DNA from: Felis catus
Taxonomy: Eukaryota
Reading direction: 5' to 3'
Assembly (NCBI RefSeq): GCF_018350175.1
Contig: NC_058368.1
Span: 193,132,001-193,196,000 of the forward strand
Length of the DNA stretch: 64,000 bases
Shown: positions 61,904-64,000 of the stretch, piece after piece
Layout: every line of letters starts with the position of its first letter
How positions within the stretch are numbered: the stretch's first letter is position 1
Program-made: the position numbers and the translations under genes
Notes under the pieces: model-generated
What the model was told of the DNA's origin: nothing
Databases searched by the model: none
The model's input: only the letters and a program-made list of their open reading frames with translations

Positions 61904-62032
61904 GAGGTAACTTACAAAAACTATATTCAAAGAGAATAATAAAGTAGGAAGAATCTGTCTTCACAACCAGGTACTAGTGGGGACAGGGGTGTTGCTGTCT
62001 AGGACAGTTGTCCTGGGTATATCTGGATGTAA

Positions 62033-62505
62033 CTGGTAGGCTGAAAAATGCTCCCCTAAAGATATGTCCACATCCTAATTCCTAGGACATGTAACTGTTA
62101 CTTTATTTGAAAAAAAAAATTCTTTGCAGATGTGATTAAGGGTCTTGAAATGAAGAGATCATTCTAGAATACTGGATGACCCTAAAACCAATTGTGTGTC
62201 CTTCTTAGAACACAGCAGAGAAAGATTTCATACTCACAGATGAGGAAGAGGCAATGTGACCACAGAAGCAGTAACTAGAATGATGTGACATAGGCCAGGA
62301 AGGCCGACATACCCCACAGCTGGAAGAGGCAGGGGAGAGATTCTCCCCGAGTCTCTGGATGGAGTGTGGCCCTGCTGACCCTTGACTTCAGCTCAGCAAA
62401 ACTGATTTCATACTTTCTCACCTCTAGAACTGTGAGAGAATAACTTTTAATTGTTTTAAGTCACCAGTTTGTAGTGATTGGTTACAGCTGCCATAGAAAA
62501 CTACA
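62033..62505 (+). mobile_element. MaLR solo LTR, MLT1D/C-like
   Basis: tggtaggctgaaaaatgctcccctaaagatatgtccacatcctaattcc...ctttgcagatgtgattaag...cctctagaactgtgagagaata...gttttaagtcaccagtttgtagtg...gaaaactaca. Confidence 0.85.
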
Positions 62506-63109
62506 AGCTGTTTTTTCTGCACATGGCTGTATTAAGGAGTCTAGTGTCTAAGTATGGGAAATGGCACACAAAACTTGGGGAGAGTGGAAAGTTCAGGAAG
62601 TATCTTCCCAATGTTTTGGTCTTCATAGAATTCAAAAGTTGATGTGAAAACAACAACTTGAGGTCATCTAGGGTCCATCATTTTTTTTTTTTTGTCTTCC
62701 CTCTAATAATTAAGTACCTACCATGAATCAAGCACTTTGCCAGGCATCGACTCTTGGATTTTCTTTTTCAAAACACTTTCTGTATAAGTCCAACCTTTCT
62801 TTCCTGATCATAACCTTGAACTTTTACCATGTGGATGAGCTTCTTTGATAAAGAAATATAGAAATATTAGCTGATAAGGATAACTGAACTGGTGAGGTGA
62901 CTGATATGCCTTTCCTTTCTTCTTCATCAACCATAAGTGGTGAACTTTCCATGGCTCTAAAATTGAATCAAATCCATAAAAAATATTGATTGCTTAAGGC
63001 TTGAGCTGGAAGCAACCTCTTGGTAATAGAAGAACAGGAAGACATACAGCCTTGGGGTAATCGGAAAATTCCAGGTCAAACCAGAGTCAGTCTGGAGCAG
63101 TGGCTAGTA

Positions 63110-63144
63110 TTTGTTTGTTTGTTTGTTTGTTTGTTTGTTTGTTT
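63110..63144. repeat. (GTTT)n microsatellite
   Basis: Direct reading. Confidence 0.9.
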
Positions 63145-63162
63145 TTAAAGAAAATATTTTAA

Positions 63163-63362
63163 ATATTTTTATTTAGTTTAGAGAGCGAGAGAGTGCACAA
63201 GAGGGGGAAGGGGGCAGAGGGAGAAAGAGAGAGAGAGAATCTTAAGCAGGCTCCACACTCAGCATGGAACCTGATGTGGGCATTGATTCCATGACCCTGC
63301 CACCGGGGCCAGAGCTGAAGTCAAGAGTCTGATGCTCAACCAACTGAACTACCAGGTACCTC
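63163..63362 (-). mobile_element. Can-SINE, older subfamily
   Basis: Reverse-complement SINE (gagaatcttaagcaggctccaca...gagctgaagtcaagagtctgatgctcaaccaactga); TSD agaaaat(a/g)ttttaa at 63149-63162 and 63363-63376. Confidence 0.9.
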
Positions 63363-63950
63363 AGAAAATGTTTTAATTGAAAGCATATATGCACATTGGT
63401 ACAATCTAGCTTGGGTCACTAACAAGCTATGAATGTTCAAAGGGAAGGAAGTAGGAAGGGGGACAGGACAGTGAAGAAGGAGTACCTGAGGGAAGGCCCT
63501 TTGGATCTCTAAGGACATCTTTTGCCTAGCAGCAAGGACCAGCAAAAGATTTCACCAGGTTTTGATCGCCAGGTTTAGGGGCTTATTCAGAAACAGGAAG
63601 TATGGCAGCAGGCAATATGCATCTGCAAACAGCGCCAAATCCACCAAGTTTTATTCATAGTCAGAAAGCTCAAGGCAGTAGTTTAGAATGGGTCTCTTTT
63701 GACCTGGGTAGTGCTTTTTACTGTCTGAATTTTAATTTTCCCATTGGCACAATGAAAGTTTTGGATTAGAGAATTTCAGTTCTGTAGCACTAGAGAATTT
63801 TAAATGTTAGACCTAGAAGTGATGCTATAGAACTCTTTGCCCATTCTAGCTATTTTACAGATCAGAAGAATAAGGCTCAGAATATAGAAAAGACTTGCCC
63901 AAAGCCCAAGGCATTGGTGAAGGTAGGATTAAAATCTAAAGTCTGGGGAG

Positions 63951-64000
63951 GAGGTGCTCCTGGTTGGCTTACTCGGTTGAGCATCTGACTCTTGATTTAG
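63951..64000 (+). mobile_element. Can-SINE 5' end, truncated by the window edge
   Basis: cctggttggcttactcggttgagcatctgactcttgattt resembles the SINE head. Confidence 0.7.

Noticed and set aside
1..64000. Identity of the host locus or gene
   Set aside because: No exon was recognised, so naming a gene would be a guess without alignment.

Overview
Mammalian non-coding DNA, almost certainly from a felid (carnivore tRNA-derived Can-SINEs of the SINEC_Fc type and carnivore LINE-1). I can support no host protein-coding exon, RNA gene or CRISPR array; every long ORF in the track comes from LINE-1 or other repeats. The first ~30 kb is a mosaic of ancient repeats (MIR, L2, MaLR/ERVL solo LTRs, hAT MER elements) with several young SINEs, one CpG-enriched unique patch (~13.9-14.8 kb) and several repeat-free, homeodomain-motif-rich blocks that look like conserved enhancers. 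The second half (31.4-61.5 kb) is dominated by LINE-1: three full-length copies from two lineages with unrelated 5'UTRs, one 5'-truncated copy and one ancient L1M. All substantial L1 insertions lie on the minus strand, and four have identifiable target-site duplications (TSDs). The youngest (44858-50799, perfect 16-bp TSD) is broken only by small indels. I found no convincing new biological system; the findings concern transposon biology and candidate cis-regulatory elements. Repeat subfamily names come from recognition by eye, and the boundaries of old repeats are approximate.
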